Below are positions 12,030 through 26,128 of a stretch of 41,369 nt of DNA, one piece after another. The stretch spans positions 124,001 to 165,369 of the forward strand of contig QPGO01000165.1 in the NCBI GenBank assembly GCA_008632985.1. Reading direction: 5' to 3'. The notes beneath the pieces were generated by a model. That model was not told the DNA's origin. It made no database searches and saw nothing but the letters and a program-made list of their open reading frames with translations. The position numbers and the translations under genes are program-made. The stretch comes from Psammoneis japonica. Its lineage: Eukaryota. Numbering within the stretch: position 1 is the first letter of the stretch; each line of letters begins with the position of its first letter.

Positions 12030-13730
12030 AACTTCACCTTTCATTCCTGCTGAACAGGGTCCTTCTGTTCAATGGAATTCCCAGCCATCACAACGTGCAG
12101 CAGTCATTTGGAGAAAAACAGTCATCAGATCTTTTTGGGGCATCTCACTGCCTGCTGTTATAAAGAACATCTTAGCTGACCCCAACACCATGAAGAAAGT
12201 GGGAGCCTTTGTTGTTGTTGCTGCTCTGGTGGTCTTTTACGCTGCTGCCATGTGTGGAACAATCCTCAGGGTGGTGTTGACAAAGAGTCCTTGTGCAATT
12301 TCCACTCCAATCAACAATGCCAAAACCTGCAGCAGGACATTGATCATGAGGATGACTGGGAACCTCTTGTTGGACACTGAAAAGGCACTCTGGGTGCGCC
12401 ACCCAGATTGGAGCTGCACCTCATGATTCATGTCTTGCCCATTTCTGGACAAGCCTTTGTGTGCAGTCTTGATCAGGGAGGTCAATTCATCCCCACCACG
12501 GCAACACAGTTCACAATCTAGACACCAATGAGATTCATTTCTTTGTTGACACCATGGATGGTGTGCACATTGGAAAGCCTGATGATGCAACTGGAAATGT
12601 GAGGATGGGAACATGGAAGCAACATGGCAGAAGCATGTCTCTAGATTGTGGTCATTGTGATCTGCCTGACAAGGAGATGAGCGTTCCTCATGAGACTCAG
12701 TTTGCAGTGGAAAAAACAGTGACAGGAGATCCAGAGATGATTTTTAGAATGGAAGGCTGTTGGCACGGCTACCCAGACAATGATGGCTCTGACCGAGATG
12801 TGCCATGTCCTCCACTGTTGGTCATCATTCAAATGGAAAAGTCAGATGACAATGTTGTGGAACCAAAGCTGTTTCTTCCCAATCTGAGTCACCTGCCAGT
12901 GCCAGCAGTGACTCAATTTTTCAAGGCACACTGGATGAAAAGGCAATGACTGGCACTGTCAAGTGTGACAGTGCAGATGCAGCATTGGCCTTGACCTTGT
13001 TGTGGAGCAATGATCATCCTAAACATGTGTTGGCAGAACAGTTTCCAAAGGAAATTGTCAACCAAGCAAAGACAATCTCACCACACTGTGCTGCAAACAG
13101 AGGTCAATCTCACCACTGTGTGGAGTCACACTGCAAATGGAGCACACATTCTTGACTGGCAGATGCATTTGGACCAATGGGCTTGACAAAACAAACTAAG
13201 AACAAAGTCAAGAACAACTCAAAGGACTGTTGTTGACTGGCTGACAAAGAAGCCAACCATGCTGGATGCCACACATGACTCCCATGTCATTTTCTTGTCT
13301 GAAAACCCGCACACAAAACCTCTTGTGCCAGCAAAGAAATGCATGACACCCTCTCAGCTTGTGCACAGCTTGAGGACACCTGGGAATGGAGACAAAAGGA
13401 TTTGCTTGTGGTGGACAGATGCAGTTGAGCAAAAACAATTTGGGCCCCAGCAAGTGAAAAGATGATTTAAACAGAAGGTTTTCATGCGTGCTGGTGAGAT
13501 GTGGTGGGATGACAAACAACACAGCACCAATCAGTGCAAGCAACAATGAATGTCTGGCAAGCATGCAAAGGCAGACAATTCAAAGTTTGCTGTTTGTTTG
13601 AAACAAAGCTAAAGCAATGGTTTCATCCTCCTGGAACAAACCAATGATGCCACTTTCTTTTTCTTCTAGCCTCCCTAAAACTGCCACTTTCTTTTTCTTC
13701 CAGCCTCCCTGAAGCCAAACAGATCTGGCT
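12030..13730 (+). pseudogene. Decayed multicopy gene (copy B) with an N-terminal hydrophobic anchor; function unknown
   Basis: ATG at 12190 begins MKKVGAFVVVAALVVFYAAAM; coding-like fragments follow (12554-12949 and onward). Colinear with 18560-20580 and, at its 3' end, with 1-553. Confidence 0.75.
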
Positions 13731-13829
13731 TTTCACAAAGCAAGGAGCAAACAATCCCCACCCTGGACATGTCTGCTCTCCTGTTCCCCACTTTGGCCAA
13801 GACATGGGCCCAGAACACTGGATGACTGT

Positions 13830-14340
13830 TGTCCTGTTTCAAAAGTTGTTGCCAATGTGCTTCCATCAACACTGAGACTGTGGCTTGATGACCCATCAGA
13901 CTTGCTTTGTCCAATGCTGTTTCTCCCCCCACATCTTTGGCATGTCCACATTGTCTCCTTTGTCCAGCAGCAGTCTGGCAACACTTTCACTGCCTGAAAC
14001 ACCTTTTTGCTTCTGACACTTGAAGCACAATGAAGAGCCGTGCCACCCAAGGAGGCTGACTTCAAATCAACGTTGGCACCATTTTGCAGTGGAAACATGC
14101 ACACATCATCACACCCATTCATCAAAGCAATGTGCAACAGTGTCAAACCACTGCTGTCAGCTTTGTCGTTGACTGCTGTGCCGTGCGATGCAAGCATGCA
14201 AGCCATGGACACATCAAGCATCCAAATGCATGCCAGGTGCAAGAGTGTTGGTCCACATGACCAATCTGTCACACACGCTCCAGCATCCAGCAAGAGTTGC
14301 ACTTTTGCATCTCAGTTGGCTGTGTCATGATGAGCAACAA
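13830..14340 (-). pseudogene. Ankyrin-repeat protein pseudogene
   Basis: QLLLDAGA, GPTLLHLAC, GLTLLHIALMNGCDDVCMFPLQNGANVD, GGTALHCAS and, after a frameshift, GGETALDKASLMGHQATVSVL: about four ankyrin repeats. Confidence 0.85.
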
Positions 14341-14399
14341 CATGAAAAAGGATGGGGGATGGAGCGCCATCACCCATTTGGTTCACAAGCATGTTTGGA

Positions 14400-17300
14400 G
14401 TGCATCTGTGCTGCCACTTTCAAGCAAAAGGCTTGACTCCAAAACTTGATCCAGGTCCACATCTAAACAGAACAGAACTGCCATCAAATTCGGTGCTGCT
14501 TTTGCTCATGGCTCATTTGCAGCATGTCCGAGCTGCTGTGCCATGCCTTCAGCACTTGGCACAGCTCACATTGGAGATGCTGCAGATGATGACAGCAGAT
14601 GGGCCAAAAGGAGACAGTGGTCTGTTCCTCCCCCCTGCAGAGCTGTGAATGCTGGATGAATCTTGCACCACTCAGGTGATGTCCATCAGTGGCGGGGCCT
14701 TGTTGCTGGTCTGCACTTTCATGACTTCAGTCACTGCAGAGGGAATGGCCACCTGGTGTGACCCAGATGTCACTGTGGCCTCAAATCTTAGTGTGTCAGA
14801 CACTGGCTCTGTTGTTGCTCCTCCAGATGGCCAGTGCACAGTGCCTGCTTTGGCTCTGGATCACATGTGCCAATTCCTTTGGCACCATTCAGTCTTGTGG
14901 CTGTTGTTTGTGTGTGGCTCTTGGTGTCCCTTAGGCTTGCCAAAGCCCTTGGATTGCTTTGCAAATTTGTCTGCTGCTTGGTCATTTGACAGTGCACGTG
15001 CCCTTGCACTGGGTGGCAGCTCCAAGTCATGCCTCAATCAGCAGAGATTGGTCCTCTCCTGGCATCTGCAGCAGGCTCCTTGCTGAGCAGCCATGTCTCA
15101 TGCTTGCCCAATGCTGTGCAGGGGAGTTTCCATTGCCCTCTTCCCTTGTGGACACTCAGGGTGAGTGGTCCCATGCATCTGCTCTCTGCCTTCTTGTCTC
15201 CAGTTGCCTGTGGGACAGATGTGGTCCCCCAACATCTCCTTGGAGGACTTTGGGGCCAGTCTTGGTGCCATGAGTCAGGATGCAGTGAGAGTGCTGTCAT
15301 CAGCATTGCAGGGCCATCCCTTTCTGGCTGTCCAAGTGGTTTGCCATGGTGTCAACCTTCTCCACAGACTTTCAAGTTCATCCAATCCCAAGATCACAGT
15401 TTGCTGCTGCATCTCTCTTGCAGCTGTCACCTCAGGACCAAACCATGATGGTCTCTCATGTCATCCAAGTCAGCTGTGCCAGACTGGGATCTCACCTTTC
15501 AGATGCATCATGATTGCATTCTCAACAAGCTCAATGACAGCTTGCACACCCAACATCTTGAGATTGCGCGAATCTTGCCTGGAGTGCAGTTTTTCCTGGG
15601 AGCACTGTCTGGGTTCTCCGCCAATGGAATGCCATTCAGATCTCTGGTTTCACACCCTCTGGCCACCAAGAAACTTTGGACCTTGAAGTGTTTTGCAATC
15701 AACACATTTGCAGTCCAATCTGTCAACCTGTTTCTGATGCAGTGCTCTCCCAAGGTTGTGAGTTTGGAATGGCCAGTGCCTCTGGTGTTGCTTGTCACCA
15801 ACAGTGACATTCAGGCTCAGATGGCCAGGAGCACCGGTGGAACCAGGGGTTGTTGCTGGTGTCAGCCAGTGAGGGCAATGACAACATTGGTGGCTGGCTT
15901 GTGAACCATTTAGCAGCCCATTGTGCATCTGTGTTTCATCAGCCTCATGTTTGTTTTGGTGCTGGGACACACAGCTTCCTCTCCTGCTTGTGGGGGTGCA
16001 TCAATGCTGTTGGGGCCCTTGCATGAGCCACCACCACCCAACTGCCTGCTGCCGCCAAGTGCACTTGAGCCTCTCACATTCAATCTCATGGTGGACACTT
16101 GGCTGCAACACCAAGCTGCCACCATCAGCCAGCACCAATCTCAACACAAGTTGGCACAGTGCACACAACTGGGGTCATGGGTGCACCCCCTGGCTTGCAG
16201 CAGTCATCTGTCTGGCAACCCACTCTGCCACTGTCAGTGAGCTGCATTTTGTTCAGCAGTCAGCCAACAGGGGTGCACATGCTGTTGGCTTCATCAGCCC
16301 AGCAGGCATCTGGCTCTACACTGTGGCATTCTGCACCTTCTGTGCCCATGACTGTTCCCTTCAAAGTCACCCCAGCAGCTGCTGTTTCCACATTGAAGGA
16401 CTGGGTTTTGTGCCCAGCCAGCAACTGATCACACCAGGCACCAAAGGTCACAGCACCATCTCTTGTCTCCTCTCCTCCTTTTGGAACCCATCTTTTTAAT
16501 GCTGCTCTGCTGACTTCACAGTGAGTGTGCTCCCAGATGAATGCAAACTGCCCCCCTGCCCACATTTGTCCAGCATTCTGTGATGCCACATTCAGTCAAT
16601 CAGCGGGGCTGGTGGCCTGTCACGCATCATGTCACAGGAGTGTCTCATGCAAACAGGTTCTTTTGGCGCCTCCTTTAAATTTGGCCTTTTCTTGTGTGGA
16701 AGCTTTTTGGGCCTGGCATCAAGTCAGTGTGGACATTCAATGCTCTGCCAACCTTTTGCAGCCCTTGACTCAATGTGTGTTCACTCTCACACTCACTCTG
16801 CCAGAATCCACCAGCCCAGTCTGCCTTCCTTGGATGGGGCTGTTGGCCACGTCCATGGAATTGCTGCTGGCACATTTTCAGTCAGTGGCTCCTGCAGCTT
16901 GGGGGGTGATGGGTCCACCAATTTAACAGCAGCAGTCTGCCATGTGAACCTTTGCAATGTGTGCTCTGCACTCTGTGATTGTGTGCTGTCCATTTGCCTT
17001 GGGAAGTTTTGGATGCCTTTTGTGTTGCCCACTCTCACCATTTTCTGCATTGTCTTGTGGAGCTTCACTTCTGTGACTCCTCTTTGTCTGGAGAGCACAG
17101 GATGGTCTGGTGCACTTGGTCTCTGAGGCCTCTGGTCAATGTTCAGCACTGCCCACTCTCAAGCACCCACCATCCTGTGCAATGGGATGAAGCAGCCAAT
17201 CACTCACATGCATTGACACTTTGGATGGAGTGCACCATGGCTTTGTTTGGGACAAACCTGCACTCTGATGCATGTCTGTGGTCCGTGCTAGCAGAGGCAA

Positions 17301-18300
17301 TCCTGGAGCACATCATGGCAACTTGTCACAAAATTTCATCTGCTCAGCTCACCACATTGGATGTGGCCACCAACAAGTGGCTGAAATTCACTGATGGCAT
17401 GCCTCGCATGAAGCAACAGGTGCTTTCTCAAGTGGAAATCTGATGCCAACACTTGCTGCTTTTGTGACCTCTTTGTCTTGGTTGAGTGCAAGCCTCCAAC
17501 AATCCAAACCATGGACCACAGGTTACAACAAACTGGCAAATGTCTGTCTTTTCCACACCAACACCGGAGGTCCAAATCCATGCTGTGCCAACAAGACCTC
17601 CCCCCTGCAGCATGTCACTGTGGGGAAAGCCAAGTGGTCATCACATCTGTTGAATGACTTTGCACGTCTTTGTTCTTGGACAGAGCAGCCAGCAGCGGCA
17701 GCAAAGTAGGAACTGACCAAGGCCTTTGCAGACACAATGATGGTGTGAAGCTCTCTCTGCACCCACCTGCTGGGATGCGCACTGTCCAACCCAGCTCAGT
17801 TCCCCATCATGCACAAGTCCAGTGGGCTCCTTGAGCTCTCCTGTGACTGGAGTGTCCCCGTTCTTAGACTCTGTGGACAAGGCAAGCTTGTCATGTCTGA
17901 ACTCAGGCTGGGCAGCTGGAGCACAGAAATCAATTTGATGTGGCACCTCAGTCACACCATTCTTGTTTGGTGGAGCTTCTCTATGAAATCCTTTGATGAC
18001 AGAATGCAGAAGCTGCTCATCATCAACACCAAAGGGCTCCATGACAATGTCTTGGAGTTCATTGCCATCACAATTGATGTGTGCAGCATGATCTGCAAGT
18101 GAAGTTCTGCGCCAATTGGAGATGCTAAATCTTGCACGCAAGCCAACAACACAAGTGCCCTCTCTTGGTTCCACTGTGCCAGTCCCTCTCATTGCCCAGT
18201 TGTTCAATGCCCAGCACATTTTCTTGACACCTTTCTCTTTGCCACTGACTTTCGGGGAGACTGGTGAGAGCAGCCATGTCAAGGGGAGCACCATCAATGA
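14400..18300 (+). mobile_element. Possible very degenerate non-LTR retrotransposon relic
   Basis: Only faint, order-consistent hints: thumb-like RLGSHLS...AWSAVFP (~15470-15600), RNase H-like LDGAVG...GTF...GDG (~16830-16920) and a Trp-spaced C-terminal segment (~17830-17980). No RT catalytic motif recognised. Confidence 0.22.
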
Positions 18301-18559
18301 GGCGGACACCCTCTCTTGCCCAGCAGACTGTCTTTCATCTGGCAGCATTCAACATCATGCAATGCTCCTGTTTGTTGACAATTCAAGTGTGCAGAGTCCC
18401 CTCAGAGATTGGTGTCATGATTTCATTGCTTGTTGAACAGGGCACAATTGTGGGCTTGTCTGGACCACCAATCACACGGCTTTTGAGTCTTGTGCTGGCT
18501 GCTTTCTTGGGCAGTGCAGCTTCAATGATGTCCACCTCTCACAACTGACTTTGACCAAA

Positions 18560-20580
18560 ATCTTCATGATCCTCAGCTGCTGTCATGCTTGGGTCTTTCT
18601 GTTCAATGGAGTTCCCAACCATCAAAATGCACCACACTTGCTTGGAGAGAAACAGCCCATCAGATCTGTTTGGGGCATCTAGCTTCTTGTTCTGCTGGAG
18701 TTCTTCTGAAGAACATCTCTGCTCTTTGCTGACAAACACCATGAAGAAAGTGGGAGTTTTTGTTGTTGTTGCTGCTCCAACGGCAGTCTTGTGTGCTGCC
18801 ACCATGTGGAACAATCCTCAGAATGGCATCAACAGAAAGTCCTTGTGCAATTTCTGATCCAATCAAAAAGACCAAAACCTGCAGCAGGACAATGATCATG
18901 AGAATGACTGGGAACCTCTTGTTGGATGCTGGAAAGGCACTCTGAGTGTGCCACCCAGTTTAGAGTTGCACATCATTTTTTGTGTCTTGCCTGTTTTTGG
19001 ACAAGACTTCATGCACAGTCTTGATCAGGGAGGACAACTGAGTTCATCCCTGCCATGGCAACATGGTTCAATCCAGACACCAACGGGATTCATGTCTTTG
19101 TTGATGCCATCAACGGTGTCTACATTGGAAAGCTTGACAATGTGGCCAAAAACAAAATGACGGGAACATGGCAGCAGCGTGGCAGAAGCATGTCTCTAGA
19201 TTGTGATCATTGCAACCCACCAAACAAGGAGATGAGTGTTCCTCATGCAACTCAATTTGCTGCAGAAAAGCAGCGATGCAATTGTTGAAATGGAAGGCTG
19301 TTGGCACGGCTGCCTGGATGATGACACCTGTGACAGAGATGCACCATGTCTTCCACTGTTGGTTGTGATTCAAGACGGGTTCCAGTCCCAGGTGGGACTC
19401 CGTGTGACATTGGGCCCGTAGAATTCTACGTGCGAGCTCCGTAGTACGAGAATTTAATTAATGAACATATTTATCTTAGACATCAAATAAACGGCCAAGT
19501 TTGTGGTACAATTATGCCTGTTGCCACTCGACGTTTTTGCAAATGCGCCTGCCCTACGCGATTCTTAAGACATTATAGAATCGCGCTGTAGCAAAAAATG
19601 TCAAAAGTTGTTGGACGGATCGCTCAATAAGTGTACCGTAAAATGACACAAAATATCGAAAAAATCACGTAGAAATGTACGTGCGCGACATACGACGTGA
19701 TTCAAAAAACTATCGATGTCACAGTTCAGCAGTACGAGGTCCCACCTAGACCTGGAACGCGTCTCAAACAGAAAAGTTGGACGACAATGTTGTGGAACCC
19801 AAGCTGTTTCTTCCTGATCAGAGTCACCTGCCCGTGCCAATTTGGTCCTTTCTGATTGATGTTGACCAGGTCAAAATTGTGCATGATGGCAGTGACTAGA
19901 TTTTCCAAGACACTCTGGGTGAAAAGACAATGATTGGCGCTGTCAAGTGCAACAACATGGATGCAGCATCTGCCTTGACCCATTTGTTGGCGGAACACTT
20001 TCCAAGCAAAGTTGAGGACTGAGCAACAGCAATCTCACCAAATCATGTGCTGCAAAGAGAGGTCAAACTTGCCACTGCGTGCAATCACACTGCAAACAGA
20101 GCTCACGTCCTTGACTTGCAAATGCATTTAAACCAACAGGATTGGCAAAATGAACAAAGTGCAAAATGACTGTCATCAACTGGCCAACAAAGCCTGCCAT
20201 GCTAGAAGCCACACAAGGCCCAACGTCATTTTTCTGCCAGAAACCAGAAACCCCACGTGCTGAAACCTCTTTTGTGCCAGCCAGGAAAATCACAAAGTGT
20301 TTGAGGGTGGACACACCTTGAGGTCTCAGTTTTGCATGTGATGGATGGATGCAGTTGAGCAAATCAAGTTCAAAACAAAGTTTTTTGACAGCAAGACAAA
20401 CAGCACAGTAGAAGTGCAGTTCAGTGTTGGTTTGAACATCTGGCAAACATGTCATGCACACAATCAAAGTTCATTGTTTTTGCAAAACAAAGCCACAGCA
20501 ACTGTCTCACATCCCTGGAACAAAGCTGTCTGGTCGCTTTCTTTTTCTTCCGGTTTTCCTGCAGCTGAACAGATCTGGCA
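18560..20580 (+). pseudogene. Decayed multicopy gene (copy C), interrupted by a MITE
   Basis: ATGAAGAAAGTGGGAG at 18741 and downstream sequence are colinear with copy B (12030-13730). The insertion 19374-19763 is absent from copy B. Confidence 0.8.
19374..19763. mobile_element. Young 390-bp MITE (family GAC-1), 4-bp TSD TCAA
   Basis: TIR GACGGGTTCCAGTCCCAGGTGGGAC versus the reverse complement of the right end, GACGCGTTCCAGGTCTAGGTGGGAC. TCAA at 19370-19373 and 19764-19767. Paralogous empty site with a single TCAA at 12829-12832. Retains TpA and CpG. Confidence 0.95.
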
Positions 20581-21091
20581 TTGACTTTTGTCAGAGCTCA
20601 AATGGTCGAAAGGAATCTTTCACATGAATTGTCAAAAATCATCATCATCACCATGAATGACCATGACATTCAGTGCCCTTGACGGCTCACTTGTTCCAAC
20701 CTTTTGGCAACACAAATGACACCATTGGAGTGGCAATCATTTGGTTTGTCATGATGGGGTCCCAATGCCAACATGAGTCACTCATGGTTGACTTGTGGTT
20801 GATTTTAGACATGGCAAGACTGCTCAGTGGCTTCTTCCAAACATTGACCATGGTGAACCCTTGTGGCAGAAACTGGGAAGAAACAACATTTCCATTGAGT
20901 CCTCCACATTGTTCATTTTGGCCATGCACGCCTCTAGTTTTGCCTCAGCCTTCAATCTGGACTCCTTGTGGTTCACTTTTGTGGTGACACGACACAAGGA
21001 CAATCCTTGTTTGCCAAATGATCTGTTGACATTCTGCTCACAAGCTGCCACAATTCATCTAATCTTTTATGATGCAGGTCAACATCGGTGC

Positions 21092-21647
21092 GACGTGTTC
21101 AAGTCCCAGGTGACGCACAAAACGACAATCGATTTTGAATATAAATTATGTATCCTCTAGTGTATGGAGCATTTTCATATAAAATACTTAAACGAATTGG
21201 CTTTTATTGGCCTCAAGAGCATGGGCATTTAATTAGTTTTTTGTGGGGTATTCAAGTCCTCATGGGATATGTATCATAAACTTCCTCAGTAGACTCAATT
21301 CTGATTGTACGTCAGTACATTTAATACTGCGATTACTTTGTAGGTAGAAAAATTACCAAGAAGCATCGTATAAAGATATATTTAGATAACGTCCAAATAA
21401 CGGCAGTAATTTCGCCGAAAATCATCCGTTGTGTTACGATTCGTTTAACGCAATGAAAAACATAAATGGCACAATAACAATGATTTTGCAACACTCACAC
21501 GAGTCTTGTTAGTGTTGCAAAACATACGAATTTGTATAAATCTATACTTTTGGTGGTGAAAATTCGTTCGTAAGTCAGAGACCGCGCAAAAATCGCGCAA
21601 ATGTCGTTTTTGTGCACGATTTGGGTCACGTGCGGCTGGAACACGTC
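21092..21647. mobile_element. Young 556-bp MITE (family GAC-2), 4-bp TSD GTGC
   Basis: Ends GACGTGTTCAAG... and ...CTGGAACACGTC. GTGC at 21088-21091 and 21648-21651. TpA-rich interior; homologous to 25553-26128. Confidence 0.93.
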
Positions 21648-22809
21648 GTGCATGTCATCGAATGCTTTGAATGGTGTGATGAAAGTGATTCACAAAAGTC
21701 ATCATAGAAGGGACTCGAAAGCGCTGTTGCATGTCTTGCATTTTTGCAGTGGAGATTCTGTCTCATTTGTGTCATGGCATAAAATCTGAACAGTCGTCTT
21801 GTGACTCGGTCTCATGCTGTGCAAAAAGACATGAAGTTGGTGCTCATGACCCAATGAATTTGTGTCTCTGATTGATGTTGCACTGCTGGTCATCTTCTGG
21901 GTCTGTTGATTGTGGCCTGTGTTGCGCCATTTCTGTGGTTCTGTGGGTCATCATTTGGCTCTTTCAAGACATGACTGCAATGTCTGTCTCTTGTGTGCTC
22001 CACATTTTTTTGCACAGCTGTGACTCTCACCACTGCCTTTTGCACCAGAAGACCCACAATCCTGTTTTTTCCAGGCTTTTGATTTTCCCAGTGGGGGTGG
22101 GGGTGGGGGGCATTGGTGGAGAGAGGTCATTCCTGCACAGACAGTGGATCACTCTCAGCATGTTTTAAATGATCATTCAAAAATGTTGCATCAGTCACAA
22201 GTGTGAAGCCAAAACAACTTTACAAGAACTCAATTGAAGTGTCCTCTGATCAACTGTGTTTTGATTTGCATGGTGAAGAGCAATGCCTTTGATTGGACAA
22301 CATTTCAACTGATTTCTTGAGAAGTTGACATTCAGATGTAGATGGACAGACAAACTGATGACAGCTGTTCTTGTTGCCCGTGGGGCTGTTCCACACAATT
22401 TCCACAAAATGACTCTCAGAGAGCCCCAGTGATTCCTGTTGGGTGCTTTTGTTGCACTGCTGGCACTTGTGGCAGTTGGAGCCTTTGTGAAGCTGATGCA
22501 TGCGGTGATTGGAGCCTCTTTGTCACACTGAATGACAGCCAAAGCAGCCAACTTCACATTGAAAATGACATGCCAAAGTTGCCATGTTGCAGCAAGCCCT
22601 TGAAAGCAGGAGCGCAGAAGCTGTTTTTGGTTTTGGGGTTGTCTCAGCCAGCAGCACATCATCAACCCCATCCAATGAGTTGCCAAATGGGCAAAGCCTG
22701 GCTGCAATGTGAGCTTTCTTGCTTGCTTGTTGGCCCCACTGGCTGTTCTTCCAAGTCTGGGGATCTTTGAGACAAGGGCTCTCTCTGACACTGCTTTGCA
22801 CAGTCAAGC

Positions 22810-23255
22810 TGCTCTCAATTTCTTGGATGACTTTTTCATCAGCAATGTCAAGGCAGCCATCAAATCTCAAACACTTCATGCTCAGTGGCAAATTAGCAAC
22901 ATTGCAAAGAAGGTTCCCAAAGATGGGGTCATTTGGAGTTCATGTTCTCCTGATGACAAGGACAATTTTCTCAAAAATGGAGCTCAATTTCTTGGATGAC
23001 TTTGTCATCAGCAATGCCAAGGCAGTCATCAAATCTCAAACACTTTGTGCTCAGTGGCAAAGGCATCATTCGTCACATGAACGAGAGCTCTCAGTCCATC
23101 CTTGCAGTCCATTTTGAGCATCAGCCACTGAAGGAAAGATGAGAGATGGTGAGACTCTCAATCAGCAACATTGCAAAGAAGGTTCCCAAAGATGGGATCA
23201 TTTGGAGTTCATGTTCACAAGATGACAAGGACAATTCTCAAGTGGAGCTCAAATT
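22810..23255. repeat. Local tandem duplication with an internal indel
   Basis: CTCAATTTCTTGGATGACTTT...GCTCAGTGGCAAA occurs at ~22814 and ~22983. AGCAACATTGCAAAGAAGGTTCCCAAAGATGGG...GGAGCTCAA occurs at ~22895 and ~23164. Confidence 0.9.
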
Positions 23256-23473
23256 CAGAAAATGGATGAAAGAGTCAAGCAATGCACACATGGAACAAGA
23301 GTGCTCAAACATGTCACAACAAAATGTGTCAGATTGTCTGTGCTTGGCTGGAATTGAAACAACTGACATTGCCCCCCACTCAAGCAAGAAAGCAATGAAC
23401 GGATTGGAGACATTTAAAAAGCAGGACAGAGAGTGATGGTGCACTTGCTCATGATCCCCAAGCACTGTTGTTG

Positions 23474-24960
23474 TCAGCAGCAAAATGTTTTGCAGTGAGC
23501 ACAGTTTAGCGTCATTTTCTGTTGATCAGTCAGCTGGTTTGAGAGCCACAAATTGGTGCCTTTTTCCAAGAATGAGTCCAGTGTGTGATGCTCCAGCTCT
23601 TTCTTGCACTTGTTGAGATGCCTTTTGTGTTCCTGCAATTTGTGGGGGTGATTTCCAAAAACCAATGTGTGCGTTGTCAGCAGTTTGGGGTGTTTGGGAC
23701 CAAGTTCCACATGAACACCAACACAGACACAGTCCGGCACTTCCATTCCCTGTGGCACTGCATCGTCATCATTGGCAATCCTCAAGTGAGCAACTCTTCC
23801 CATTTCTTGCAGCTTGACAAAGGTGTCTGCAAATTGTGCCTTGCCAACATGCGGCAAAGCAAGTGCAATGAGATGAGTCTTTTTGTCAATGCTGTTGCTC
23901 ACTGCCATGGGAGTTGCTGCCATGGCAGCCATGGCACCTCCCAAACTGTGACCTGCAAAACAAAGAGAATGCCCCTTGTGCCTTGGATCCTTGAGAAAAG
24001 TCAAAATCTCATGAACAATCTTGCTGCACTTGATCTCTCTGTTGTTGCCTTCTGGTTCAAACAAGTGCTGGTAAAAACCACAATGACTGTGATGTCAGTT
24101 CAACAAGCAACAAATGAGTGGCATCACTGCAAGATGGGAAATCAGCAAGAACAAAGCACATTGTGAACAACAGATTCTCTCCACATGCATGTGAGACTCA
24201 CATGGCGACATTGTCAAAATCATTCAGCACATCCGCAGGATTTGGAATGATTGCCAACTCCTTGAGCGTGTGGTGAATGTCTTGTTCATGGGCCTTGAAA
24301 TCTTGTCCCCAATCTCTCATGTTGGTGCTTCCCCAAAAGGCAATGGTCAGTTGCTTTGGTGCAGGACTCCTTGCCATCCCATGGATGGGTCTCGATTGTC
24401 ATCTGTGAAATCTAAGCTGGTCGTCCAACACTTCGTGTGTTGCTTCTTCATCTTCTTTTGAATTGGAGTTTTTATTGACAAGGTGCTGCAAAATTTCTAA
24501 ATCAAACTCGGGGTTGCATTTGCAAAGCAATTTCCATCTGGATTTTTTCAACCAGTCCATGTTGTGTTTGAGCCACTCCAACATTTCCAGTGCCATTCTT
24601 GGAGTTGTGCAAAAGAAATTAGGATCGTCAAGTGCACTCTTTCCATCAACAAGGTTGCTCCAATTGTTGAAGAGTGCAAAATCTTGAATCAGACAGGACA
24701 CTGCAAGCACCATTTGCACTTCACTGAAAAGCAAACGTTTTTCTTGTTGTGAATTGTCATCAACACTCTGTTGTAAATTGTCATGAGTTTCTGCCAAACA
24801 AGTTGTCGTTTCATCAACATTGGCGTTGTTGTTGCACTCCTCAACTGCATGTGCGGATTCCATTGGTGTGAAAAGCAATGAAAACAGGAGAAGTGCAAGC
24901 AGGCCCACTGGTGGAAACCACTGGTGCCCATTGGTCGTGGGCATTGTGCATGGTGGCATG
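23474..24960 (-). pseudogene. Class-3 lipase (alpha/beta hydrolase) pseudogene with a signal-peptide-like N-terminus and one intron
   Basis: Hydrophobic GLLALLLFSLLF near the start; IAFWGSTNMRDWGQDF (family VAFRGT...DW..D). A GTGAGT...CAG intron at 24087-24201 splices to NVAIHCGFYQHLF (HxGF motif). Nucleophile elbow FAGHSLGGAMA, LPHVG (PRVG) and RIANDDDAVP follow. Confidence 0.88.
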
Positions 24961-25552
24961 TGTGTCTTGGTTCTTTGACAGACTTGAAGACTGGGGAAGT
25001 CTCCAGCCATGCCAGTTTTGTTGCATCGCGTGGCAACAATTGTTTTTGACAACATTCATGAATGTGAGCCAAAACAACCAATCACATTGATGATGACATC
25101 AAAGTTGCCACATTGCAGTGTTTGAAATTTTGAACAAGAAACAATGCCAGCCAATCAAAAAGTGCACGTTGTGTCCACACGATGACTTGCGCAGGCTCTG
25201 CGCATGCCAGCTCCCATTGTAAAATTTTGAGCACGTGTCAAAATTTTGACATTTCAAGATGGTGGGGTCAACCAGCAGCAGCAACACCGTGAATGACACA
25301 CAACAGTCATGGTGCAGTGGCATCAACAGCGAATTGGCTCTGCCACTGCAGTTGCCATCTCCGTTGACTGCACCAAACAACAACAACAGATTGATGCAAC
25401 AAGAGCTGATGATGATGCACCCATTGGCTGCCACAGCATCAGCACCAGGCTCCACATTGAACCAGTTTCCAGCACCCACCGCTCCCATGACACAATCTCA
25501 TGCCTCATCCCTTTGCAGCTCAGAGCCAACAACTCTTGGCGGCCACATCCTT

Positions 25553-26128
25553 GACATGTTCCAGTTCCCCAGGGGATGCACAAAACGACAATCCGTTTTG
25601 AGCACAAATCATGCATCTCTTGTGTGCAGCATTTGAGCACAAAATGCTTGGGCGGGTGGGCTTTCACAGGTGTCTAGAGTGTGAACATCCAAATGGTTTT
25701 TTTGTTGGCACTCAACTCCTCATGGGACATGCATCACAAACTTCCTCTGCAGACTCAACACTGGTTCTGTGTCAGCACACTTTACACTGAGATTTCTTTT
25801 CAGGTGGAAAACCCACCAATGTCATCGCAGAAAGATGTGTTTGGGCAACATCCAAACAACGGCAACAATTTTGCCAAAAATCATCCATCGTGTTGCAAAA
25901 ATCATCTGTTGTGTTGCGGCTCATTTGTCGCAATGAAAAACACAGATGGCACAATGACAATGGCATTGCAACACTCACGCGAGTCTTGTCAGTGTTGCAA
26001 AACATTCAAATTTGGATGAATCCTTGCTTTTGGTGGCAAAAGCTCGTTTGTGAGTGAGAGACCACACAAAAATCACACGAATGTTGTTTTTGTGCATGAC
26101 TTGGGTCACATGCCAGCTGAAACATGTC
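25553..26128. mobile_element. Old hypermutated 576-bp MITE (family GAC-2), 4-bp TSD CCTT
   Basis: Ends GACATGTTCCAG... and ...CTGAAACATGTC. CCTT at 25549-25552 and 26129-26132. Colinear with 21092-21647, with TA and CG replaced by CA/TG. Confidence 0.92.

Noticed and set aside
19370..19767. piggyBac assignment of the MITE (TCAA read as mutated TTAA)
   Set aside because: Four related insertions have unrelated TSDs (GTGC, CCTT, TGGG, ACTC), and the termini are GAC, not CC.
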